Assembly (NCBI GenBank): GCA_964016885.1 | Contig: CAXHJY010000275.1 | Coordinates: 186,001 to 250,000 of the forward strand | Direction of reading: 5' to 3' | DNA: 64,000 nt | DNA from: Eledone cirrhosa | Taxonomy: Eukaryota | Shown here: piece by piece, positions 49,301 through 61,000 of the stretch | How the letters are laid out: every line of letters starts with the position of its first letter | Position numbering within the stretch: position 1 is the stretch's first letter | The notes under the pieces: model-generated | Seen by the model: only the letters and a program-made list of their open reading frames with translations | What the model was told of the DNA's origin: nothing | The model's database searches: none | Position numbers and translations under genes: made by a program

Positions 49301-52085
49301 GTACTGGTTAGTTGTAGCAGTCACTGTAGATTTGGTGTAGTACTGGTTAGTTGTAGCAGTCACTGTAGCTTTGGTGTAATACTGGTTAGTTGTAGCAGTC
49401 ACTGTAGCTTTGGTGTAATACTGGTTAGTTGTAGCAGTCACTGTAGCTTTGGTGTAGTACTGGTTAGTTGTAGCAGTCACTGTAGCTTTGGTGTAGTACT
49501 GGTTAGTTGTAGCAGTCACTGTAGCTTTGGTGTAGTACTGGTTAGTTGTAGCAGTCACTGTAGCTTTGGTGTAATACTGGTTAGTTGTATCAGTTACTGT
49601 AGCTTTGGTGTAATACTAGTTAGTTGTAGCAGTCACTGCAGCTTTGGTGTAGTACTGGTTAGTTGTAGCAGTCAGTGTAGTATTGGTTAGTTGTAGCATT
49701 CACTGTAGCTTCAGTGTAATACTGGTTAGTTGTAGCAATCACTGTAGCTTTGGTGTAATACTGGTTAGTTGTGGCAGTCTCTGTAGCTTCAGTGTAGTAG
49801 TGGTTAGTTGTAGCAGTCACTGTAGCTTTGGTGTAATACTGGTTAGTTGTAGCAGTCACTGTAGCTTTGGTGTAATACGAGTTAGTTGTAGCAGTCACTG
49901 TAGCTTTGGTGTAGTACTGGTTAGTTGTAGCAGTCACTGTAGCTTTGTTGTAGTACTGGTTAGTTGTAGCAGTCACTGTAGCTTTGGTGTAGTACTGGTT
50001 AGTTGTAGCAGTTACTGTAGCTTTGGTGTAATACTGGTTAGTTGTAGCAGTCCCTGTAGATTTGGTGTAGTACTGGTTAGTTGTGACAGTCACTGTAGCT
50101 TTGGTGTAGTACTGGTTAGTTGTAGCAGTCACTTTAGCTTTGGTGTAATACTGGTTAGTTGTGGCAGTCACTGTAGCTTCAGTGTAGTACTGGTTAGTTG
50201 TAGCAGTCACTGTAGCTTTGGTGTAATACTGGTTAGTTGTAGCAGTCACTGTAGATTTGGTGTAGTACTGGTTAGTTGTAGCAGTCACTTTAGCTTTGGT
50301 GTAATACTGGTTAGTTGTGGCAGTCACTGTAGCTTCAGTGTAGTACTGGTTAGTTGTAGCAGTCACTGTAGCTTTGGTGTAATACTGGTTAGTTGTAGCA
50401 GTCACTGTAGCTTTGGTGTAATACTGGGTAGTTGTAGCAGTCACTGTGGCTTTGGTGTAGTACTAGTTAGTTGTAGCAGTCACTGTAGCTTTTGTATAGT
50501 ACTGGTTAGTTGTAACAGTCACTGTAGCTTTGGTGTAATACTGGTTAGTTGTAGCAGTCACTGTAACTTTGGTGTAATACTGGTTAGTTGTAGCAGTCAC
50601 TGTAGATTTGGTGTAATACTGGTTAGTTGTAGCAGTCACTGTAGCTTTGCTGTAGTACTGGTTAGTTGTAGCAGCCACTGCAGATTTGGTGTAATACTGG
50701 TTAGTTGTAGCAGTGACTGTAGCTTTGGTGTAATACTGGTTAGTTGTAGCAGTCACTGTAGCTTCAGTGCAATACTGGTTAGTTGTAGCAGTCTCTGTAG
50801 CTTTGGTGTAGTACTGGTTAGTTGTGACAGTCACTGTAGCTTTGGTGTAGTAGTCACTGTAGCTTTGGTGTAATACTGGTTAGTTGTAGCACTCACTGTA
50901 GCTTTGGTGTAGTACTAGTTAGTTGTAGCAGTCACTGTAGCTTTGGTGTAGTACTGGTTAGTTGTAGCAGTCACTGTAGCTTTGGTGTAGTACTGGTTAG
51001 TTGTAGCATTCACTGCAACTTTGGTGTAATACTGGTTAGTTGTAGCAGTCACTGTAGCTTTGGTGTAGTACTGGTTAGTTGTAGCAGTCACTGTAGCTTT
51101 GGTGTAGTACTGGTTAGTTGTAGCAGTCACTGTAGCTTTGGTGTAGTACTGGTTAGTTGTAACAGTCGCTGTAGCTTTGGTGTAGTACTGGGTAGTTGTA
51201 TCAGTCACTGTAGCTTTGGTGTAATACTAGTTAGTTGTCACAGTCACTGTAGCTTTGGTGTAATACTAGTTAGTTGTAACAGTCACTGTAGCTTTGGTGT
51301 AATACAGGGTAGTTGTAACAATCACTGTAGCTTTGGTGTAATACTAGTTAGTTGTAACAGTCACTGTAGCTTTGGTGTAATACTAGTTAGTTGTAACAGT
51401 CACTGTAGCTTTGGTGTAATACTGGTTAGTTGTAGCAGTCACTGTAGCTTTGGTGTAGTACTGGTTAGTTGTAGCAGTAACTGTAGCTTTGGTGTAGTAC
51501 TGGTTAGTTGTAGCAGTCACTGTAGCTTTGGTGTAGTACTGGTTAGTTGTAGCAGTCACTGTAGCTTTGGTGTAATACTAGTTAGTTGTAGCAGTCACTG
51601 TAGCTTTGGTGTAGTACTAGTTCATTGTAGCTTCAGTGAAGTACTGGTTAGTTGTAGCAGTCACTGTAGCTTTGGTGTAATACTAGTTAGTTGTAACAGT
51701 CACTGTAGCTTTGGTGTAATACTAGTTAGTTGTAACAGTCACTGTAGCTTTGGTGTAATACTGGTTAGTTGTAACAGTCACTGTAGCTTTGGTGTAATAC
51801 TAGTGAGTTGTAACAGTCACTGTAGCTTTGGTGTGATACTAGTTAGTTGTAACAGTCACTGTAGCTTTGGTGTAATACTGGTTAGTTGTAGCAGTCACTG
51901 TAGCTTTGGTGTAGTACTGGTTAGTTGTAGCAGTCACTGTAGCTTTGGTGTAATACTGGTTAGTTGTAGCAGTCACTGTAGATTTGGTGTAGTACTGGTT
52001 AGTTGTAGCAGTTACTGTAGCTTTGGTGTAATACTGGTTAGTTGTAGCAGTACCTGTAGATTTGGTGTAGTACTGGTTAGTTGTG
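37337..52085 (+). repeat. Middle-domain HOR copy B: 8,729-bp unit carrying an internal 6,000-bp duplication (about 14,729 bp)
   Basis: The offset from copy A becomes 14729 = 8729+6000 at 35734->50463, 36186->50915 and 37074->51803. Shared private variants include CTAGTGAG, GTCACAG and GCAGTACC. Confidence 0.85.
38505..50546 (+). repeat. 6,000-bp (155-monomer) near-perfect tandem duplication
   Basis: Printed lines from 38521 to 44461 repeat at +6000 (39360->45360, 40976->46976, 43683->49683). I noticed one substitution (C at 42776 vs T at 48776). 6000+3x11+12 = 155x39. Confidence 0.95.
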
Positions 52086-55000
52086 ACAGTCACTGTAGCT
52101 TTGGTGTAGTACTGGTTAGTTGTAGCAGTCACTTTAGCTTTGGTGTAATACTGGTTAGTTGTGGCAGTCACTGTAGCTTCAGTGTAGTACTGGTTAGTTG
52201 TAGCAGTCACTGTAGCTTTGGTGTAATACTGGTTAGTTGTAGCAGTCACTGTAGATTTGGTGTAGTACTGGTTAGTTGTAGCAGTCACTGTAGCTTTGGT
52301 GTAATACTGGTTAGTTGTAGCAGTCACTGTAGCTTTGGTGTAATACTGGTTAGTTGTAGCAGTCACTGTAGCTTTGGTGTAGTACTGGTTAGTTGTAGCA
52401 GTCACTGTAGCTTTGGTGTAGTACTGGTTAGTTGTAGCAGTCACTGTAGCTTTGGTGTAGTACTGGTTAGTTGTAGCAGTAACTGTAGCTTTGGTGTAAT
52501 ACTGGTTAGTTGTATCAGTCACTGTAGCTTTGGTGTAATACTAGTTAGTTGTAGCAGTCACTGCAGCTTTGGTGTAGTACTGGTTAGTTGTAGCAGTCAC
52601 TGTAGCTTTGGTGTAATACTGGTTAGTTGTAGCAGTCACTGTTTTTTTGGTGTAGTACTGGTTAGTTGTAGCAGTCACTGTTTTTTTGGTGTAGTACTGG
52701 TTAGTTGTAGCAGTCAGTGTAGTATTGGTTAGTTGTAGCATTCACTGTAGCTTTGGTGTAATACTGGTTAGTTGTAGCAATCACTGTAGCTTTGGTGTAA
52801 TACTGGTTAGTTGTGGCAGTCTCTGTAGCTTCAGTGTAGTAGTGGTTAGTTGTAGCAGTCACTGTAGCTTTGGTGTAATACTGGTTAGTTGTAGCAGTCA
52901 CTGTAGCTTTGGTGTAATACGAGTTAGTTGTAGCAGTCACTGTAGCTTTGGTGTAGTACTGGTTCGTTGTAGCAGTCACTGTAGCTTTGGTGTAGTACTG
53001 GTTAGTTGTAGCAGTCACTGTAGCTTTGGTGTAGTACTGGTTAGTTGTAGAAGTTACTGTAGCTTTGGTGTAATACTGGTTAGTTGTAGCAGTCCCTGTA
53101 GATTTGGTGTAGTACTGGTTAGTTGTGACAGTCACTGTAGCTTTGGTGTAGTACTGGTTAGTTGTAGCAGTCACTTTAGCTTTGGTGTAATACTGGTTAG
53201 TTGTGGCAGTCACTGTAGCTTCAGTGTAGTACTGGTTAGTTGTAGCAGTCACTGTAGCTTTGGTGTAATACTGGTTAGTTGTAGCAGTCACTGTAGCTTT
53301 GGTGTAATACTGGGTAGTTGTAGCAGTCACTGTAGCTTTGGTGTAGTACTAGTTAGTTGTAGCAGTCACTGTAGCTTTTGTATAGTACTGGTTAGTTGTA
53401 ACAGTCACTGTAGCTTTGGTGTTATACTGGTTAGTTGTAGCAGTCACTGTAGCTTTGGTGTAATACTGGTTAGTTGTAGCAGTCACTGTAGCTTTGGTGT
53501 AATACTGGTTAGTTGTAGCAGTCACTGTAGATTTGGTGTAATACTGGTTAGTTGTAGCAGTCACTGTAGCTTTGCTGTAGTACTGGTTAGTTGTAGCAGC
53601 CACTGCAGATTTGGTGTAATACTGGTTAGTTGTAGCAGTGACTGTAGCTTTGGTGTAATACTGGTTAGTTGTAGCAGTCACTGTAGCTTCAGTGCAATAC
53701 TGGTTAGTTGTAGCAGTCTCTGTAGCTTTGGTGTAGTACTGGTTAGTTGTAGCAGTCACTGTAGCTTTGGTGTAATACTAGTTAGTTGTAGCAGTCACTG
53801 TAGCTTTGGTGTAGTACTAGTTCATTGTAGCTTCAGTGAAGTACTGGTTAGTTGTAGCAGTCACTGTAGCTTTGGTGTAATACTAGTTAGTTTTAACAGT
53901 CACTGCAGCTTTGGTGTAATACTAGTTAGTTGTAACAGTCACTGTAGCTTTGGTGTAATACTGGTTAGTTGTAACAGTCACTGTAGCTTTGGTGTAATAC
54001 TAGTTAGTTGTAACAGTCACTGTAGCTTTGGTGTGATACTAGTTAGTTGTAACAGTCACTGTAGCTTTGGTGTAATACTGGTTAGTTGTAGCAGTCACTG
54101 TAGCTTTGGTGTAGTACTGGTTAGTTGTAGCAGTCACTGTAGCTTTGGTGTAATACTGGTTAGTTGTAGCAGTCACTGTAGATTTGGTGTAGTACTGGTT
54201 AGTTGTAGCAGTTACTGTAGCTTTGGTGTAATACTGGTTAGTTGTAGCAGTACCTGTAGATTTGGTGTAGTACTGGTTAGTTGTGACAGTCACTGTAGCT
54301 TTGGTGTAGTACTGGTTAGTTGTAGCAGTCACTTTAGCTTTGGTGTAATACTGGTTAGTTGTGGCAGTCACTGTAGCTTCAGTGTAGTACTGGTTAGTTG
54401 TAGCAGTCACTGTAGCTTTGGTGTAATACTGGTTAGTTGTAGCAGTCACTGTAGATTTGGTGTAGTACTGGTTAGTTGTAGCAGTCACTGTAGCTTTGGT
54501 GTAATACTGGTTAGTTGTAGCAGTCACTGTAGCTTTGGTGTAATACTGGTTAGTTGTAGCAGTCACTGTAGCTTTGGTGTAGTACTGGTTAGTTGTAGCA
54601 GTCACTGTAGCTTTGGTGTAGTACTGGTTAGTTGTAGCAGTCACTGTAGCTTTGGTGTAGTACTGGTTAGTTGTAGCAGTCACTGTAGCTTTGGTGTAAT
54701 ACTGGTTAGTTGTATCAGTCACTGTAGCTTTGGTGTAATACTAGTTAGTTGTAGCAGTCACTGCAGCTTTGGTGTAGTACTGGTTAGTTGTAGCAGTCAC
54801 TGTAGCTTTGGTGTAATACTGGTTAGTTGTAGCAGTCACTGTTTTTTTGGTGTAGTACTGGTCAGTTGTAGCAGTCACTGTTTTTTTGGTGTAGTACTGG
54901 TTAGTTGTAGCAGTCAGTGTAGTATTGGTTAGTTGTAGCATTCACTGTAGCTTTGGTGTAATACTGGTTAGTTGTGGCAGTCTCTGTAGCTTCAGTGTAG

Positions 55001-58000
55001 TAGTGGTTAGTTGTAGCAGTCACTGTAGCTTTGGTGTAATACTGGTTAGTTGTAGCAGTCACTGTAGCTTTGGTGTAATACGAGTTAGTTGTAGCAGTCA
55101 CTGTAGCTTTGGTGTAGTACTGGTTAGTTGTAGCAGTCACTGTAGCTTTGGTGTAGTACTGGTTAGTTGTAGCAGTCACTGTAGCTTTGGTGTAGTACTG
55201 GTTAGTTGTAGAAGTTACTGTAGCTTTGGTGTAATACTGGTTAGTTGTAGCAGTCCCTGTAGATTTGGTGTAGTACTGGTTAGTTGTGACAGTCACTGTA
55301 GCTTTGGTGTAGTACTGGTTAGTTGTAGCAGTCACTTTAGCTTTGGTGTAATACTGGTTAGTTGTGGCAGTCACTGTAGCTTCAGTGTAGTACTGGTTAG
55401 TTGTAGCAGTCACTGTAGCTTTGGTGTAATACTGGTTAGTTGTAGCAGTCACTGTAGATTTGGTGTAGTACTGGTTAGTTGTAGCAGTCACTTTAGCTTT
55501 GGTGTAATACTGGTTAGTTGTGGCAGTCACTGTAGCTTCAGTGTAGTACTGGTTAGTTGTAGTAGTCACTGTAGCTTTGGTGTAATACTGGTTAGTTGTA
55601 GCAGTCACTGTAGCTTTGGTGTAATACTGGGTAGTTGTAGCAGTCACTGTAGCTTTGGTGTAGTACTAGTTAGTTGTAGCAGTCACTGTAGCTTTTGTAT
55701 AGTACTGGTTAGTTGTAACAGTCACTGTAGCTTTGGTGTTATACTGGTTAGTTGTAGCAGTCACTGTAGCTTTGGTGTAATACTGGTTAGTTGTAGCAGT
55801 CACTGTAGCTTTGGTGTAATACTGGTTAGTTGTAGCAGTCACTGTAGATTTGGTGTAATACTGGTTAGTTGTAGCAGTCACTGTAGCTTTGCTGTAGTAC
55901 TGGTTAGTTGTAGCAGCCACTGCAGATTTGGTGTAATACTGGTTAGTTGTAGCAGTGACTGTAGCTTTGGTGTAATACTGGTTAGTTGTAGCAGTCACTG
56001 TAGCTTCAGTGCAATACTGGTTAGTTGTAGCAGTCTCTGTAGCTTTGGTGTAGTACTGGTTAGTTGTGACAGTCACTGTAGCTTTGGTGTAGTACTGGTT
56101 AGTTGTAGCAGTCACTGTAGCTTTGGTGTAATACTGGTTAGTTGTAGCACTCACTGTAGCTTTGGTGTAGTACTAGTTAGTTGTAGCAGTCACTGTAGCT
56201 TTGGTGTAGTACTGGTTAGTTGTAGCAGTCACTGTAGCTTTGGTGTAGTACTGGTTAGTTGTAGCATTCACTGCAACTTTGGTGTAATACTGGTTAGTTG
56301 TAGCAGTCACTGTAGCTTTGGTGTAGTACTGGTTAGTTGTAGCAGTCACTGTAGCTTTGGTGTAGTACTGGTTAGTTGTAGCAGTCACTGTAGCTTTGGT
56401 GTAGTACTGGTTAGTTGTAACAGTGACTGTAGCTTTGGTGTAATACTGGTTAGTTGTAGCAGTCACTGTAGCTTCAGTGCAATACTGGTTAGTTGTAGCA
56501 GTCTCTGTAGCTTTGGTGTAGTACTGGTTAGTTGTGACAGTCACTGTAGCTTTGGTGTAGTACTGGTTAGTTGTAGCAGTCACTGTAGCTTTGGTGTAAT
56601 ACTGGTTAGTTGTAGCACTCACTGTAGCTTTGGTGTAGTACTAGTTAGTTGTAGCAGTCACTGTAGCTTTGGTGTAGTACTGGTTAGTTGTAGCAGTCAC
56701 TGTAGCTTTGGTGTAGTACTGGTTAGTTGTAGCATTCACTGCAACTTTGGTGTAATACTGGTTAGTTGTAGCAGTCACTGTAGCTTTGGTGTAGTACTGG
56801 TTAGTTGTAGCAGTCACTGTAGCTTTGGTGTAGTACTGGTTAGTTGTAGCAGTCACTGTAGCTTTGGTGTAGTACTGGTTAGTTGTAACAGTCACTGTAG
56901 CTTTGGTGTAGTACTGGGTAGTTGTATCAGTCACTGTAGCTTTGGTGTAATACTAGTTAGTTGTAACAGTCACTGTAGCTTTGGTGTAATACTGGTTAGT
57001 TGTAACAATCACTGTAGCTTTGGTGTAATACTAGTTAGTTGTAACAGTCACTGTAGCTTTGGTGTAATACTAGTTAGTTGTAACAGTCACTGTAGCTTTG
57101 GTGTAATACTGGTTAGTTGTAGCAGTCACTGTAGCTTTGGTGTAGTACTGGTTAGTTGTAGCAGTCACTGTAGCTTTGGTGTAGTACTGGTTAGTTGTAG
57201 CAGTCACTGTAGCTTTGGTGTAATACTAGTTAGTTGTAGCAGTCACTGTAGCTTTGGTGTAGTACTAGTTCGTTGTAGCTTCAGTGAAGTACTGGTTAGT
57301 TGTAGCAGTCACTGTAGCTTTGGTGTAGTACTGGTTAGTTGTAGCAGTCTCTGTAGCTTTGGTGTAGTACTGGTTAGTTGTGACAGTCACTGTAGCTTTG
57401 GTGTAGTACTGGTTAGTTGTAGCAGTCACTGTAGCTTTGGTGTAATACTGGTTAGTTGTAGCAGTCACTGTAGCTTTGCTGTAGTACTGGTTAGTTGTAG
57501 CAGCCACTGCAGATTTGGTGTAATACTGGTTAGTTGTAGCAGTGACTGTAGCTTTGGTGTAATACTGGTTAGTTGTAGCAGTCACTGTAGCTTCAGTGCA
57601 ATACTGGTTAGTTGTAGCAGTCTCTGTAGCTTTGGTGTAGTACTGGTTAGTTGTGACAGTCACTGTAGCTTTGGTGTAGTAGTCACTGTAGCTTTGGTGT
57701 AATACTGGTTAGTTGTAGCACTCACTGTAGCTTTGGTGTAGTACTAGTTAGTTGTAGCAGTCACTGTAGCTTTGGTGTAGTACTGGTTAGTTGTAGCAGT
57801 CACTGTAGCTTTGGTGTAGTACTGGTTAGTTGTAGCATTCACTGCAACTTTGGTGTAATACTGGTTAGTTGTAGCAGTCACTGTAGCTTTGGTGTAGTAC
57901 TGGTTAGTTGTAGCAGTCACTGTAGCTTTGGTGTAGTACTGGTTAGTTGTAGCAGTCACTGTAGCTTTGGTGTAGTACTGGTTAGTTGTAACAGTCGCTG

Positions 58001-61000
58001 TAGCTTTGGTGTAGTACTGGGTAGTTGTATCAGTCACTGTAGCTTTGGTGTAATACTAGTTAGTTGTCACAGTCACTGTAGCTTTGGTGTAATACTAGTT
58101 AGTTGTAACAGTCACTGTAGCTTTGGTGTAATACTGGTTAGTTGTAACAATCACTGTAGCTTTGGTGTAATACTAGTTAGTTGTAACAGTCACTGTAGCT
58201 TTGGTGTAATACTAGTTAGTTGTAACAGTCACTGTAGCTTTGGTGTAATACTGGTTAGTTGTAGCAGTCACTGTAGCTTTGGTGTAGTACTGGTTAGTTG
58301 TAGCAGTAACTGTAGCTTTGGTGTAGTACTGGTTAGTTGTAGCAGTCACTGTAGCTTTGGTGTAGTACTGGTTAGTTGTAGCAGTCACTGTAGCTTTGGT
58401 GTAATACTAGTTAGTTGTAGCAGTCACTGTAGCTTTGGTGTAGTACTAGTTCATTGTAGCTTCAGTGAAGTACTGGTTAGTTGTAGCAGTCACTGTAGCT
58501 TTGGTGTAATACTAGTTAGTTGTAACAGTCACTGTAGCTTTGGTGTAATACTAGTTAGTTGTAACAGTCACTGTAGCTTTGGTGTAATACTGGTTAGTTG
58601 TAACAGTCACTGTAGCTTTGGTGTAATACTAGTTAGTTGTAACAGTCACTGTAGCTTTGGTGTGATACTAGTTAGTTGTAACAGTCACTGTAGCTTTGGT
58701 GTAATACTGGTTAGTTGTAGCAGTCACTGTAGCTTTGGTGTAGTACTGGTTAGTTGTAGCAGTCACTGTAGCTTTGGTGTAATACTGGTTAGTTGTAGCA
58801 GTCACTGTAGATTTGGTGTAGTACTGGTTAGTTGTAGCAGTTACTGTAGCTTTGGTGTAATACTGGTTAGTTGTAGCAGTACCTGTAGATTTGGTGTAGT
58901 ACTGGTTAGTTGTGACAGTCACTGTAGCTTTGGTGTAGTACTGGTTAGTTGTAGCAGTCACTTTAGCTTTGGTGTAATACTGGTTAGTTGTGGCAGTCAC
59001 TGTAGCTTCAGTGTAGTACTGGTTAGTTGTAGCAGTCACTGTAGCTTTGGTGTAATACTGGTTAGTTGTAGCAGTCACTGTAGATTTGGTGTAGTACTGG
59101 TTAGTTGTAGCAGTCACTGTAGCTTTGGTGTAATACTGGTTAGTTGTAGCAGTCACTGTAGCTTTGGTGTAATACTGGTTAGTTGTAGCAGTCACTGTAG
59201 CTTTGGTGTAGTACTGGTTAGTTGTAGCAGTCACTGTAGCTTTGGTGTAGTACTGGTTAGTTGTAGCAGTCACTGTAGCTTTGGTGTAGTACTGGTTAGT
59301 TGTAGCAGTAACTGTAGCTTTGGTGTAATACTGGTTAGTTGTATCAGTCACTGTAGCTTTGGTGTAATACTAGTTAGTTGTAGCAGTCACTGCAGCTTTG
59401 GTGTAGTACTGGTTAGTTGTAGCAGTCACTGTAGCTTTGGTGTAATACTGGTTAGTTGTAGCAGTCACTGTTTTTTTGGTGTAGTACTGGTTAGTTGTAG
59501 CAGTCACTGTTTTTTTGGTGTAGTACTGGTTAGTTGTAGCAGTCAGTGTAGTATTGGTTAGTTGTAGCATTCACTGTAGCTTTGGTGTAATACTGGTTAG
59601 TTGTAGCAATCACTGTAGCTTTGGTGTAATACTGGTTAGTTGTGGCAGTCTCTGTAGCTTCAGTGTAGTAGTGGTTAGTTGTAGCAGTCACTGTAGCTTT
59701 GGTGTAATACTGGTTAGTTGTAGCAGTCACTGTAGCTTTGGTGTAATACGAGTTAGTTGTAGCAGTCACTGTAGCTTTGGTGTAGTACTGGTTCGTTGTA
59801 GCAGTCACTGTAGCTTTGGTGTAGTACTGGTTAGTTGTAGCAGTCACTGTAGCTTTGGTGTAGTACTGGTTAGTTGTAGAAGTTACTGTAGCTTTGGTGT
59901 AATACTGGTTAGTTGTAGCAGTCCCTGTAGATTTGGTGTAGTACTGGTTAGTTGTGACAGTCACTGTAGCTTTGGTGTAGTACTGGTTAGTTGTAGCAGT
60001 CACTTTAGCTTTGGTGTAATACTGGTTAGTTGTGGCAGTCACTGTAGCTTCAGTGTAGTACTGGTTAGTTGTAGCAGTCACTGTAGCTTTGGTGTAATAC
60101 TGGTTAGTTGTAGCAGTCACTGTAGATTTGGTGTAATACTGGTTAGTTGTAGCAGTCACTTTAGCTTTGGTGTAATACTGGTTAGTTGTGGCAGTCACTG
60201 TAGCTTCAGTGTAGTACTGGTTAGTTGTAGCAGTCACTGTAGCTTTGGTGTAATACTGGTTAGTTGTAGCAGTCACTGTAGCTTTGGTGTAATACTGGGT
60301 AGTTGTAGCAGTCACTGTAGCTTTGGTGTAGTACTAGTTAGTTGTAGCAGTCACTGTAGCTTTTGTATAGTACTGGTTAGTTGTAACAGTCACTGTAGCT
60401 TTGGTGTTATACTGGTTAGTTGTAGCAGTCACTGTAGCTTTGGTGTAATACTGGTTAGTTGTAGCAGTCACTGTAGCTTTGGTGTAATACTGGTTAGTTG
60501 TAGCAGTCACTGTAGATTTGGTGTAATACTGGTTAGTTGTAGCAGTCACTGTAGCTTTGCTGTAGTACTGGTTAGTTGTAGCAGCCACTGCAGATTTGGT
60601 GTAATACTGGTTAGTTGTAGCAGTGACTGTAGCTTTTGTGTAATACTGGTTAGTTGTAGCAGTCACTGTAGCTTCAGTGCAATACTGGTTAATTGTAGCA
60701 GTCTCTGTAGCTTTGGTGTAGTACTGGTTAGTTGTAGCAGTCACTGTAGCTTTGGTGTAATACTAGTTAGTTGTAGCAGTCACTGTAGCTTTGGTGTAGT
60801 ACTAGTTCATTGTAGCTTCAGTGAAGTACTGGTTAGTTGTAGCAGTCACTGTAGCTTTGGTGTAATACTAGTTAGTTTTAACAGTCACTGCAGCTTTGGT
60901 GTAATACTAGTTAGTTGTAACAGTCACTGTAGCTTTGGTGTAATACTGGTTAGTTGTAACAGTCACTGTAGCTTTGGTGTAATACTAGTTAGTTGTAACA

